This document shows positions 1-13,800 of a stretch of DNA of 64,000 nt, one piece after another. The stretch's first letter is position 1, and each line of letters begins with the position of its first letter. Under the pieces are notes generated by a model. That model had not been told where the DNA came from and did not search any database. It saw nothing but the letters and a program-made list of their open reading frames with translations. Location: contig OZ176053.1 of the NCBI GenBank assembly GCA_964247055.1, positions 12,028,001-12,092,000 of the forward strand, in the 5' to 3' direction. The DNA is from Paragordius varius (taxonomy: Eukaryota > Animalia > Nematomorpha). The position numbers and the translations under genes are program-made.

Positions 1-852
1 TATTTCTTAAAATCTCTTGCGTTATATATCTTATAAGGCAATATCGGTTCGTTTTCGTTATTTATAGACAGAATTGGAAGTAAATGTGAAATTTTTGAAA
101 TTACAAATATTTTACTTTTCACATATATTTTATTGGATATATTAACAAAATATTTGGTAAGCTTTGAGGGACTTCTACAAAAACGCAATGTGCATTAATG
201 ATGTTTCTGATATGGAACTATTATCATAAAAATGGAACTAATCAAAAATTTGTAAACGTAAAATTATAAGGCACCACATTATTCAAATTAAAATAATATT
301 GTGTCTCATAAAATTTTGATTTTCATGAAAGTTACCAAAGTCCAATATCATATCCAAACAAGTTTAATTTATATAATATTAAAAAACGTGCATAATTATT
401 CTAATTAAAAAATTCAAAGTTTTATTATTTTTGGGAATTTCATGATTATACAACAATTATGGATTAGTTTGCAAATTAATCTCTGCACTTAGGGTTTATT
501 TGTCATAAAATTTAATTTTATATAAGTTTATATGAATGCGTTAATATTTAACAAAACACATTTAACATATTAAACCCAATTAAAAGGCTTGTTAATGTCA
601 TACCATTATTGAAATAAATTTAGACTATTTTTATTGAGCAGTTTAATTAGAATTGTTTCACCAACCTAATTTAATTTTTTATTTTTCGACCAAGTAAGAA
701 TCGTGTGACAGGTAAAAAATAATAAAAAACTTTGTTTTGTAGAAACATGACAAAATTATAAATTTATCCCGGTTTTCGATAATCCATACAAGTTTTCAAA
801 AATTATTTTAAAGATGATTTATCAAAAAATATATAATTATTATAAATATTAC

Positions 853-1693
853 TCATCCATATCAAAGGATCCTGAATCGCCATTTGCGCTGGAATTTATA
901 ACCGAGTTAGCGACTGAACTTTGGGCTTGTCGATCGTTTTTCGCTAAAATATTTTCCATATGGGCAAAAACCGCAGGGGTAAACAGATATACGCCACAAC
1001 TAATAACGTTGGAAGAAAATTCATCTGGTTTCTCCACAAAATGTAAAATCTAATAGGGATTTAAAGTAATGTAAAAAATGGCTAAACCTCTTTAGATTTA
1101 TCATCAAAACTAATACATCCATAATGCGAACTGTAAGAAGGATCGTTCTATAAAAATAAAAATGGTAATTATTACATATTTTCCAAGGATAATAAATTGG
1201 TCATTGGAACAATAATTATCATGAAATTGAATGATTTGATTTAAACGAAGGTCACCAAGAATATCGCCGTTAATTACAAAAAACTTATCAACATTTTCGC
1301 TTAAAATCTCTTTTCTATAACGGTAAACTCCACCAGCACTGCCTGTTATATCATTTTCTTTGTAATATCTTAATTATCATAATCAATTTGAATACTTTAT
1401 TTTAATATTAAATTCTTCCGTACATATATCTAAGAAAGCTTGGAGTTTATCTAATTCCTGAAAAGATCCCAACAATATAATTTCTTTCATATTTGGAACC
1501 TTTATATAATAAACTCTCGAAAACCTTTGATAAAGCTTCAATCGTATGATATATTAAAGGGACACCAGCTATTGGAAAAAGCGGTTTTGGTAAATACAAT
1601 GATAAAGGCCTAAACCGTGTACCTTTTGATAATTAAATTAATGTAAAAACCTTTAGAGGGTCCTCCTATCAAAATTATCGCTTTATTAGGCAT
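853..1693 (-). CDS. GMPPA: Mannose-1-phosphate guanylyltransferase alpha, 5' part (exons 1693-1651, 1622-1525, 1499-1396, 1368-1176, 1147-1088, 1049-853); 3' exons not found in the window
   Basis: Spliced translation [58 protein letters not shown]...[14 protein letters not shown]...FFVINGDI...[21 protein letters not shown]. The [13 protein letters not shown] signature is GMPPA-type (GMPPB has GGYGTRLRPLT). Five GT-AG introns of 28, 25, 27, 28 and 38 nt; retaining intron 2 or 3 gives a stop. Confidence 0.95.
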
Positions 1694-4119
1694 TGCGAGC
1701 GTGTAATCCGTTCCAAAAACAGTTGTTTTACTCTAAAGTGTTAACTTATAATAGAATATAAAGGACCGTTTAACTATTTAGAAACGTATTAACTTTGAAA
1801 GGTTCTGAACAAATTAATCTATGATTTACAAGACTTGATTTGATAGTTTTTATGTTAAAAATAATTTTTATTAATCAAAATACCATATTTAATGGATAAA
1901 TGATGATTTATTTAATTTAACAATTTGTTACTGCATATCATTATAACTCAATTTTTTTCCGTTTCTGGTATCATTATTATCAAAAAATAAAGTTATATGA
2001 TTTCATAAATTGAAAAAAATATGAGGTAATTAATTTGGAAAAACAAAAAAAACCGCATACAAAAATATTGCAACATCACTTGATGCATTATTTATACATT
2101 CTTAAATAAAATTTTAACATAATAACACACCTACCTCAAATATGTTGTTACTAATGTAAGAAAAAAGGTTTCTTTCAATAAAATTTGTTTAACAATTACT
2201 TCCGAAAATATTGCATAAAACTACAACCACTACGTCATGGTTGAAAAGTATCAACTAGCAAAGCAAAACTAATTTTAACACAAAATTGAAAAAATATTAA
2301 AAAATTAAATTAACGCTATATATAAAGTATACATTAATAAGCAATATTCTAAAAATGACCTGTTTTTGCAACCTTCGCTCAAACTTTTTTATATAAAAAT
2401 AAATCTCATTATCCATATTATATATATAATTTTTATTTAAAAATTAATCAAGAGTTTTATCCAAATTTTTGAATATTTTATAAATTATTTTTTTACTTTT
2501 TATTTCATCAATTATATTGCATCTTAATAAAAATTCTCAATACATATTTTATTCATTGTCCATAGGAGCTTTATCACACCAATAAATTCTAATTAACTGC
2601 TTAGTATTTTGGTAAGAATTTATAATATTAATATTATTATCATTTATTTCCAAAAATTATATATAGATTATCGTATATTTTAGCCTACAGAATTCGCTTT
2701 TTCCTTTATCAAAAATTATTTTCCCAATATTCAATGTATGTAATGATTTCGATTCTCTATTTTAGGTAGTGTAAGAGGAATGATATCAAATGCATTGATT
2801 GCAAATATATGCCTAAAAGAAGAAAATAAGTTTAATATAAGATTAGAGGTGTCAAAACAAATTTTGCCATAATGAGTATTTATGAGGGGGCAATCATACC
2901 AGGTTTTTTTGCAATATGATCTGTAGTTGATTAGTTTTTTAGAAGGAAATTATTTATTATAATTTGAAAAAACTTTTCCTTGATCTGTTTTTTTAGTTAT
3001 ATCAAATTTTATGACAACTTTTAATTTATTACAAATGTTATAAAAATAATCTTCATAAATAATGTGAGGATGTAATACAGTAGCGTATATGGTTACAAAC
3101 TACAAATGGTTAAAATTAAACAATACCTATGCCTTAACATTAATTTTGGTTATTTAATTATGGACAACCTTTTTTATGCCATACACTAGTGTAAAAATAA
3201 AATTATTAAATAAGTTTTATACAATGATCAATATTACATAATTTCTTAAATATTGATTAATTTTATTATCTAAAAAATAATTTTCATCCTAATTTATCTC
3301 TAAATTTGGTAATAATTATAATTTAGAGAGATTAAATTGTTTAAAATCTTTGAAGCATATAATATACCAAACTACGAGTAAGCTAATATGTTTAAACATT
3401 ATTAATTATACTCTTACTCTCATTTTTTTCGATACACGGCTTAATTTATCATTTTTTATATGAAATAATATTTTTTTGATTTACCTTAAACTAATGAATA
3501 ATAGCTCCCTACCTATTGTATTTTATTCCTTTCAAATCATGTAATTAATTAATTACTCTTTTAATCTAAATTTGCAATTTGTAGCGTGTTATAAATAAAA
3601 ATAAAATATTGATCGTAAGGATATTGATAATACGTTCTTTTTTAACAAATTTTGTATAACAAACAAATTAATGTATAAAAATGCAATTCTAGCATTAAAA
3701 ATTTGATGATTGATTTTAACAGAAGGTAAAAGGGGTGGAAATTCGTTATTTCTTAGTAATAGGAACAATTTTCTTAATTTTTCTCTAAGTAGAGTCTTTA
3801 AACAAGTTTTACAGTCGAACGATCTAATATTATCAATCAAGTGCATAACCTACCCCCTCCCCCCATCAAACTTTAATGATTTATTAATATGGAGTGAGAT
3901 GCTTTTATACAGTAAAAACATTTAACTGAAGTGATTAATAGTAGTTAGAGAGAAATAGAGAATATGTTTTATTTTTTTATTTAATTTAAACGACGAAAAT
4001 TAATTTTACAAATTGATTGCACTTTAATACGAAAGTTATATATATATATTATATATATATTATAACATTAATCAAATTACATACACATTATTTTAAGCTA
4101 ACCTATAGATTTTGATTTT

Positions 4120-4800
4120 TACAATATAGTAAATCTTATTGACATAGTAGTACATAAGTAGAGAATATGGTTTAATATGGCTTCCTTTTTCCGAAAAATC
4201 ATATATGTTTCAACATCCGCACAAACCAATAACATACATATAATCCAAAAATCCATTTTATTATAACCTCTAAAATCACAATCTTCTTAAAACTCTTTTT
4301 TTATATTCCATTCACACTACTAATCTTGCTGCCCTAAAATTTAAAAATATTTTATATTTCTATCGTATGATCCTTGATTTGAAGTATATATCCATTAATC
4401 ATTATTATTGTATATATATATATATTCTTGGAATTCGAAAGTTGCAAGTTAAATTTATGGAAATCCTTAAATCTTAACATTGGAGAATCTCTAAATTCTG
4501 TTTTTACGCCTAAACTATTAATATAATGATAAAAGATTAAATTCATCATATTTACAGATAGAATGAGAATGGTTTATTTAAGATATCCGTTTTTAAATTG
4601 TTTTATGAAAATATATATTTTTACTTAATCTCTCTTCGCCCCATACTGCTTTCCAAATATGATAAATTATATCATCTTACAATGATTCAATTCCACATTA
4701 TCCATTTTTTAATACTACGATAACCTATCTCTGCAAATATTTTATGCAAACGAATAAAATTCTTAAATCACTATGTGATATTTACTCAGTTATTGGATAA
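4120..4800 (-). mobile_element. Possible highly degraded RTE-type LINE remnant
   Basis: Frame-broken fragments AARLVV*MEYKKRVL, CDFRGYNKMDFW and LLVCADVETYMIFRKKE resemble the RTE post-RT region (AAWLKWRE..GVLCD...VLLYGSETW). Many stops; weak. Confidence 0.3.
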
Positions 4801-4875
4801 ATACTAACCTAACATTTTTTTAAAAAAATGACAGTTTTTTTATGGTAGTGCCTAAAGAAAGCAATAAACATAATT

Positions 4876-7800
4876 ATGAAAGAATATAAAAACAATACTA
4901 AAAAACGTAAAAAATCTCGTGGAGGAGATTCCATTTCTAGTACTTTAACATCTCATCAAATTTACAGTAAAAGCTATGCAGCACGAAGGGCACGTTACCT
5001 AAGCAACGCTTCACATGCACAAAAAGATCCTTGCCGGACAATCTTGAGAGATGAAAATTCGGATTTGGTACGTTAACTAAATAATTTTACATATACAGAG
5101 TTTTTGGGGTACTTATGACCTATACATTTTATAGTTTAATTTATTTTTGGCAAATGTAATCTTTGTAGCCAAAAATATGTCACCTAATAACATTATTTTT
5201 TGCCAAAAATTAGTGATATAAAATTTTAAATTTTTGTTTTTAATTGTTTTTATTTTGTAAGTTAATTATTTATATTTTCTCAATAATGCACACTGTTAAA
5301 AATCTACAGAATATATATTGGTTTGTGAAAGATTTGACCTAATGGCTAAAATATTTAAATTTTTACTTAATTTCATAAAATGTTATTGTTTGTTTTGAGA
5401 TGGTAAACCTCTACTAGGCAATTTATTTTATATAGCATCACAATACTTGTTCTAATTTAACAAATTGTATTTATACAATTTTTCAATAAAGTTTTAATTG
5501 ATGTGAAATTTAAAGCTCATTGGCTGGCAACTTCCTTAACGTAGAGGAGACCTCTTTAACTAATTATTAAAACTCAATTTTGTTTTTTGCAAAAAACAGT
5601 TTATTGCTTTTTTCGAATACTACTTATGCAAGATTTTCTGTATAAACAATTGATCGATGATTTATTCCTACTTAATACATGCTTTTTGTCAGCATATTCG
5701 GTTAAATCTGTATTTGATTAACTTTTGTCGATCCAGCGCGTTTTGCGACGGGTACGTTTTGTAGATCCCAAAACTTATCAAATGGTAGACCAGGGATGTG
5801 GCAGGTGATGATTGGTATTCGAATTTGATTATATTTAGGCCTTTAATTTTATCCTTCTAATTAACTTTTGTCTGGCTAGATTGAAGGTTAAACCAAATTC
5901 CAGCATTTCTGGGTAATTATGTTATAAACTTTCTCTAGATATTTTTATGCAAATGTATGGTGTCATCAGCTGGAGGAATGGACGATATCGGCATCATTAT
6001 ACCGAACGTCTTTAATGTATGGTCCAGAATATGTTGAAACGTTAAAAAATATCTGTGAGAACACACATTTTCGCAATCGGTTGTTCATTTTCCAATACTT
6101 GACCTAATGGCATTTTATATGCACATATGATTCAAATTTAAATATCTAATTATATTTGTCAGGTGTATAGATAATTCCTTAAAATATTATGCTTCACGCT
6201 ATCAAATGCTCCCAAGATATCGATAAAGCTCATGTAAATTTTCCGATTTTGCCAACGCATGTTATTCAGTTAGCATCCTTTTGCGTCTTAATATCAAAAG
6301 ATGCTTTTCATATTGGATCCATCAAAGATCCATAGTTGTTGTACGATTTAGGATCTCGTGTTTTAAAGAGTGTAATTGTATGCGTGGACTAATTTTTGGA
6401 GATTTCTCGCCCGCTGAAATATTTAGATGAGTTAGTATTTGAATAGGCTAGAGGGCATGCTATTCAGGTGATAGTGTTGTGATTTTATAAGAGTCATATG
6501 CAGCTTTTAATTTTTTAAAATTAGGGGGATTTGGGCATATTACTTATTTTTTTGTCGATTTTTTCATATGATAATGAGGTTGATTTTGGGAGTCGTTTAA
6601 AATTTGCATGTTCCTATATGAATTTGTGCGGTAATTATATTTGGTTTCATAATTTAAACTCCCAAAAGGTAAAATGGGATATAATGCATGGAGTTGTACC
6701 ACCATAAAAGTGATATTACATCGGGACCTAAAAAAATATGCTTGATTATATATATAGACCCAGGGGTTAAAACATGCGCATAATGTAATATTACCAATTA
6801 TTTTGATTGTTTCTTTTATTTGAAAACGGTGCGTAGTTTACCTAAAAAAATCAGTAGTATATTTTCTGGAGGCTTATCGCATTTTCCTTGTAATGGGCTC
6901 TTACATGTGTTTAACACTTCGATACGAATTGGGGTATCTAAATACCCCAGACTAAATTTAAGTCAGTATTTTTAAAAAACTACCAAAGGAAACGGTCCCA
7001 ATTTAAATTTATGCTTCTATCTTAATAAAACTTATATAAATATGCCAAAATATTTAAATAAAAATTTTGTTTTGAAAAAAAGTTCCATGTCAAACTACTT
7101 CGACGCCATTTTTATTTTACAAAATTTTTGCAAAATATCGTCTTCATTTAATTTTAAGAGTAAAATTATCTAATTTTTTATTTAAATTAAATCTAACATT
7201 GAAGAAATAGAAAAAGCGGTTTATTTTGTATTAATTTTCAATTTTACCATCGAACACATGTCACGTTGACTCAATTTTTCCTTTCGGTTTTAGCTTAAAA
7301 TAAGTTATATCAAGTATATTTGAATAAATTTTTTTATATGTTTCGGTTTATTAATGTTATATAAGTGCAAAATTTTGCCATGGTTTTGATTGCTTCCATA
7401 TTTTTTAAAAAGTTTATTTTTAAACAGGCCTGGGGTATCCAAATACCCCAATTTGAATCGAAGAACTTAAATAAATGTGTTGTATCCAAGTGTTAAATCA
7501 ACTACCTAATTAGGAAAACGTTTTTAAAACTAAGCAATTATTATTTAAATGAAAGAATTATGATTTATAAGGGGTTAAGGCTTTCCTAAGTTTTATGGCT
7601 AACCATAATAGTTTTTAAAAAAAATGTGGTTTTTCAGCGTTTCTGGTTTTTGTAAAATTAAGAGTGGGGTGATAAAAAAAATTTTTTGACCTGACTAGGA
7701 AGTTATTCAAGTTATGACTTGCTTTCATGTGATAAAAAAATTTAGAATTAGACGACTTAAGTCAAGATTTGATTCGGAGGTGATAAAATTTTATATGATC

Positions 7801-10800
7801 AAGTGAAAATTGAAAATTTAGCAAGTGTGGTGTAAGTCACACTGACAGATTTAAATATATGGTTAAAATTTGGAATCTATTTATGTACATACTTTAGGTT
7901 TTATATGTAATTAAAACCTTGGTTAATGCTATAAACTGTTAATTTAATGGTTTTTGGCTAAATAACCTATTTAAATTGGGTAGATAGAAAAGAGGATAAA
8001 TTTTTATAAAAAAACTTGCTAATGCTTAAGAATAATCTAATAATATGTTAAATTTATCTATTCCGTAATCCCTAAAAAAATTTGATTCAGGAAAATATCT
8101 AAAAATTTTAAATATTAATCTTGTTTAAAATTGTCAAATCTTCGTTTTACATATAATTGAGTAGTGTGGTAAAATATAGAAGAGATTAAGGCGAATGGTT
8201 ATAACAACTTTATTTTAGTTGCCGGGCTAAATATTTAATAACATACATGTCATTGAGTTTGAAAAACTTTAAAAAATACATATTGTATTGATTGTTTATC
8301 TTTTTGTGCCTTAATTCATAAATTTTGGCTGAAGATTAAAATAATTACCGTAAAATTTGAATTGGATGGCAAAAAAATGTTGCATTCATAAGCAAAAGAC
8401 TTGACTTAAGTGTTTTTTATCATCGATCTTCACGTGTACACTTGCTAGAAGTAAATTGCTCAACTTTCTAACCTTACAAGACAAGTGCGACTTTTATATC
8501 ACCCCACCCTAAGATTAGAATGTAGATATTGAATTTAAATTAAATAATTGAAACCAAAACTTTCAACTAAAAACTATATCAAACTTTGTATATTTTATCA
8601 GCTTTGCAGCTTTTGTTATACGATTCTAAAATTTATTTTAAAAATGTACAAATATATGCATGTGACATTTTAGGTAGGATGCGGATATCAACCTGCTCCA
8701 TTAAAGCAATTTCTCACCTGGATATGTATTATTTTCACTGCCGGACTTTTGCGTTTAATTTTTCACTGGAAAGCTCATTGGTATCTTAAATGTACTCACA
8801 ATATTTGTGCACTTGATCGATGCACTAAAATATTGTTACAGGTTATTTTAACATTAACTATAATTTATTTTACGTAATCTTTTAATTTTTGCAGTAATAT
8901 ACCAGGGGTAGTCATAATTTTTACCAGTTAAACTAAGGGAAAGCGTCAGGAAAATTACGCAAAGGATTAATTCAATACAGATCCCATGTTCATTTCATAA
9001 AAAACTACACAAACAGACACAAGTTGAGCCCGTCAACACCTAGAGTCTTATATTTATTATTTATGTCAAAATTTTTGCTTGAAAAACATTTGCTGCACAT
9101 ATTGCTTTTCCTCCATCCAAAGATTGAATATCGATTGTCGGTTGAAACATATGGTGATTATGCTCTATCCTCATGTGAAATATGGTTCCGAAATATTAAA
9201 AGTTGTGAATATTTGCGAAAGAGTGTGGCGATCTGGTCAACGAATACGTTAAAGCGTATAAGTTATTGGATAATGACGCAACTCAACCCAACAACCATTG
9301 CCAGAAGCAATACACGCACAAAAAAACAATCAAATATCTACGATCAATGGGATAGATCAATAACTCGGTAAACGGGTTCAGCAATTTGTATGAGAGTAAA
9401 ATCACAAAATAAATTGACATTATTATCACGAAAAGGAAACATTTTCGCATCGAATTGGGAGTTGTAATGAGAAATAGCTTTATTTTGTAAACTCCAAGCG
9501 GAAAAATCGGCTTTCACCTTGCCAAAGTCATCAACACCAGGGTCAAATCGTTTCGCAAAGTCGCTTTATGTCAGATTGAACAGCGAATATTGAAACCAAA
9601 TGAAACCGTTAGTACACATCTCGCCAACAAATGATTAATATCAACCATGAATTTAATCGAAAAACGACTGGACTGGACGAAAAGACACGGCAAAATGATC
9701 TAGCTATCAGTGGACATCTTTGAGTCGCTTCGATGGGAAATCTTATGCCGCTAACCTCTTCTGACCTGGCGCCATCTTACAACTTCGTGTCAATGGGATA
9801 CACACTCGCAGAGCATCTTTTTTCCAGGGCAATGAAAATGGCTTATTTATACATTATCTAAGAGATGGGCCAAATGTGTAGAATCCGATATACAATATTT
9901 TGAATAAAATATATTATTGATTTTTTTAATACATATTTTTTAGTAAAAAAACCGGTAATAATTTATGACCACACGTGGTATATATCTTTTCCGAATTACA
10001 AATATAATATAAATTGGGAATATGGTTTTGTAAAATAATTTATTAAATATTTTATTAACAACCTTTAATAATAGTTTATCTCTTTTGAGTTTATTATATA
10101 AAAATTATGATTATACGCTTTTTAGGATCAATATGGGCAATATTTTGTGGAAGACGTCAAGATAACGCAATTAGACAAGTATAGATTTTTTCCAAAATAT
10201 ATAGCATATGTTTTATCGCTTTTAAAATATTAATGATTGATCTATCATTTTTATTATTGCATAATTGTTAAAACGATTATTAAAAGGTTTTGATACCATA
10301 AGTGCAAAAAATTGGAATCAGGTTTCCGAAAAATTTTTAAATAATATATATATACTAAACCAGAGCTCAGTCAAATTTTGTTCATATTAATGGAATTCTA
10401 AAATATATTTGGTGTATTTTATTGTGTATACGAATTAGCCTGTAAGGTAACATATAGTGAATATCAATGAGCCATCTTTATAATACAGTAGCTCCCATAT
10501 TCATCTCATATATTTTGTTAAATAAATGTTTAAAATTTTCTTTTTTTGGCCATAAGATATGTCACTAACTTAAACTATTCGGGCTTTAAGATTCTTTGAG
10601 ACACTCGAGTCGGTTCAGTCACCGAAATCCTTGGCTGAATTCTTATTTATATGGCGCTAAATTAGTGGTTAGTAAGAGCAATGGATTTCGTTTTATAATT
10701 ATAAAATTGAAAAAATTATTTATCACTAAAACATGTTGATGAAATTGACTAACGATTATTACAAATCATGCAATTTATAATAACCGATCTGCGATGTAAT

Positions 10801-13800
10801 TTTGAGAATGTTGACAAAATAGATGAAACGGTGTTTAGAAACCAGTATTGTTGAATTGATTTTGAAACTCTCCAAATCGAAAAATTTACAACCATTAACT
10901 TGGATTTTTATATTTTTGGTTTAAATTTAAACAACCGTTGAAACATTTTGTATTCGATAAGCCAAATAAAATCGATTCAGGGTTGCCACTGGGATGTAAT
11001 GTTTAAAAACTTTAATTAAATTAGGTATTATCAATCCCTCAGTTTATTTGACTAATAATTGATTAAATATTTTTTACCATGTCAAATTTTACGTTTTCTA
11101 CCTAAACATTCATCAATATTCTCTAAAATATAAATTTTGAACATTTTTAGATTACCATCTCCGTCAAAAACTAGCCAAGAATTAGCGCATTATAAGGAGA
11201 GGGCCAATTCACAAAGTCCCGAAGAAAAAATACGAATGATTGACACCTCTAAAGAGTTAAAATCTATTCCAGAATATAATAACTATATGTTGATTCCGCC
11301 AATATTGGTTAGTTATTATACCACATTAGGACATTTACTTATTTTAACGTCAAAAAACAATTATTGTATATAATTTTTAACGCTAAAGGATTCTCTATGC
11401 TTTATTTTAAAATTTATTTTTAGTTCAAAATTTGTTAATAAGGGATACTAAAATAAACTGTGAAAAATATTATAGGTATGCAAAAATTTAAATATTTTCC
11501 TCCTAATTTTTATAATAAATGTTTTAGAGCAAAATCTTACAGCAAAAAACAGTGCGTTATTTCATTAACAAAAAAATCAAATATATTTGGATACCAGAAG
11601 AACGAGATTTTGAACGATTGAAGTAATGTTTTATATTACCTTTCTTTACAATGATTAAATTTATAAATTGAATGATAAAAATGTCAAATTTTAATATATG
11701 TATTATTTTCATTTTGCAGAGGTATTGAATATAATGTACCATGTACAAACTTTCACAAAATGAGTACACTGAATCGAGATGAAAAATATCGAAGGTAATA
11801 ACGTTAGATTTCATAATTTTTTACCATTTTGTATAATACAATATATATTATATAGGCGAAATTTATTTGGGCCCAATGAAATACATATAGAGATCACTTC
11901 AAGGCTAACGCTTCTATTTTTGGAGGTTTTTTTCCAAAATATTTTTAACTTTAAAATTTTATTAGGTTTTGATTGAGTTAGTGTTTTACTAAGAAGAAAG
12001 TATAATTTCGCATATACCTCTTTTCAATTATTTATACAGGCGAAATATAAAAAGACAAAATATTTATTTAAAAGGCAACCACATAACTGCTATTTTTTAT
12101 ATAGTTATCATTTTGGGTTACAAAAAAGAAAAATTGATTTATATTGCTATCTCATTTATATAATTTAATATCCTAAGAAATCAAGGTTTGATTTTTTTCC
12201 CAAAGTTATCATTTCCAGCGTATAGATTATCCGATTACGATTTAACCTTATAATATTGTATTAGGTTTTAAATCCCTTCTATGTGTTTCAAGTTTATTCC
12301 TGCATCCTATGGATATTCCAAGATTATTACTATTTTGTCGGTTACATTATCATACTTTCTATCATACTTATCATTATAACGATTCGACAAACCAGAAAAG
12401 TATATTTGATTTTATATATGGCCCAGTTATAGTTTTCAGATTTTACCATTTCAAAAAAATCAGTTAAAAAAGTAACTAACATAAAATATTTACCGTAACA
12501 ATAAAATAATATGAAGATAATATTCTGTTATATTGTAAATTGTAAACTATAAGTTTTAATTAGCGTATAAATTTACTTTTTAATATCTTTAATATTACAA
12601 AAACGTAAATTTTTTTGGTTAAAATTTGTTTTAATTCATTATTTCTTTAATTAATTGGTTGAAACCATAACCTCTGCACTGGTACACATATCTTGACCCA
12701 AAACATTTCATTCAACGTTTTTATATGAAAATTTGAACAATGGCACCATTTTGTTTACAAAAAAATGTTTAGATAACAACTTTTATATTGATATTAACCA
12801 ATAATTTTTGACAAGTTTCGCCTCATGACAGGCCAATCTTAATACGTCGTCCATATGATCCTCGATTAAGCGATTTCTGTATGTATTCTTGGCATACTTC
12901 ATTTTTTAATATGCCGCCTCACACGTGTAAGTTGAAGGAAAAACAGTATTTGGCACATCTTGCCAAAACTGTACATATCTTTCTTCCCCCACGATTCTCC
13001 TAATATAGCCCTTGAAATCATTTTTAAGATCTACGAATTCTTCAATGATATGCGCCTGTCAAAATCGAAATGCTCGAGTGGCTTAATATTGGATTATCCA
13101 TATGCCATGGATTTTCAACGAGTTTTAAAAAAATTTTAATATTTCTTAATTCTGAATTTCATCTCATTAGATTAAAATGTTAAATGATAACCTCCGTGGT
13201 AATGTCGCAAAGGTAGGCTAATAAAACCCACTGTTTGTCACTATTATTGTCCTCGTCAAACCTTCTGTTATCATTTATAAATAATAGAATTTTATACCTT
13301 AAAACAAAAAATCTATTTAATACTTTGGTAAGGCTAAGCCATTGCACAGCGGTGTACAAATATGGTCAAATTCACTGTGGATATCTTTCAGAAGGTTTTT
13401 GAATTTACGGCCGTTGAATTCTTTGCCACGGATGTGGTTAACTATATCCACAAACGTTTTTATTACTGAATTGAGTGATTCATCTTTTATACGCGAAACC
13501 AAGTTGATGATGAATAAAGCAGTAAAAGGATAAAATATTTTGCAAATTATTTTGTCATTCAAAAGGGGAATAAATCCTCTGTTTATTCCAATGATAGAGG
13601 GACAGCCATCTGTGCACAAACCAATTTTTTCATAGATATGCCATTATTATCGAAAAAATGCTAATTATTTCTAGGAAATTACTTCTTTTCGTGGTATTAT
13701 TCATTGGTAAAAATAAATACTCGTTGATTATGTTGGCGTTGCAAAATCTCATGAACGCACATTAAGATGACTTTCCATATTGTATTTTTTATAATTATGT

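Noticed and set aside
1-850. Remaining GMPPA exons (expected WSQIK...SA-type segment)
   Set aside because: Not found on the minus strand; presumably left of the window.
814-1053. Plus-strand 79-aa ORF, and similar antisense ORFs (31360-31851, 28901-29170, 24303-24548, 23153-23446, 14573-14809)
   Set aside because: They are shadows of real exons on the opposite strand, with no recognisable motifs.
10563-10667. CACTAA...TTAGTG-bounded segment with hairpin TTCAGTCA/TGGCTGAA and a TGGCGC PBS-like word
   Set aside because: No snoRNA boxes, tRNA fold or adjacent LTR; unsupported.
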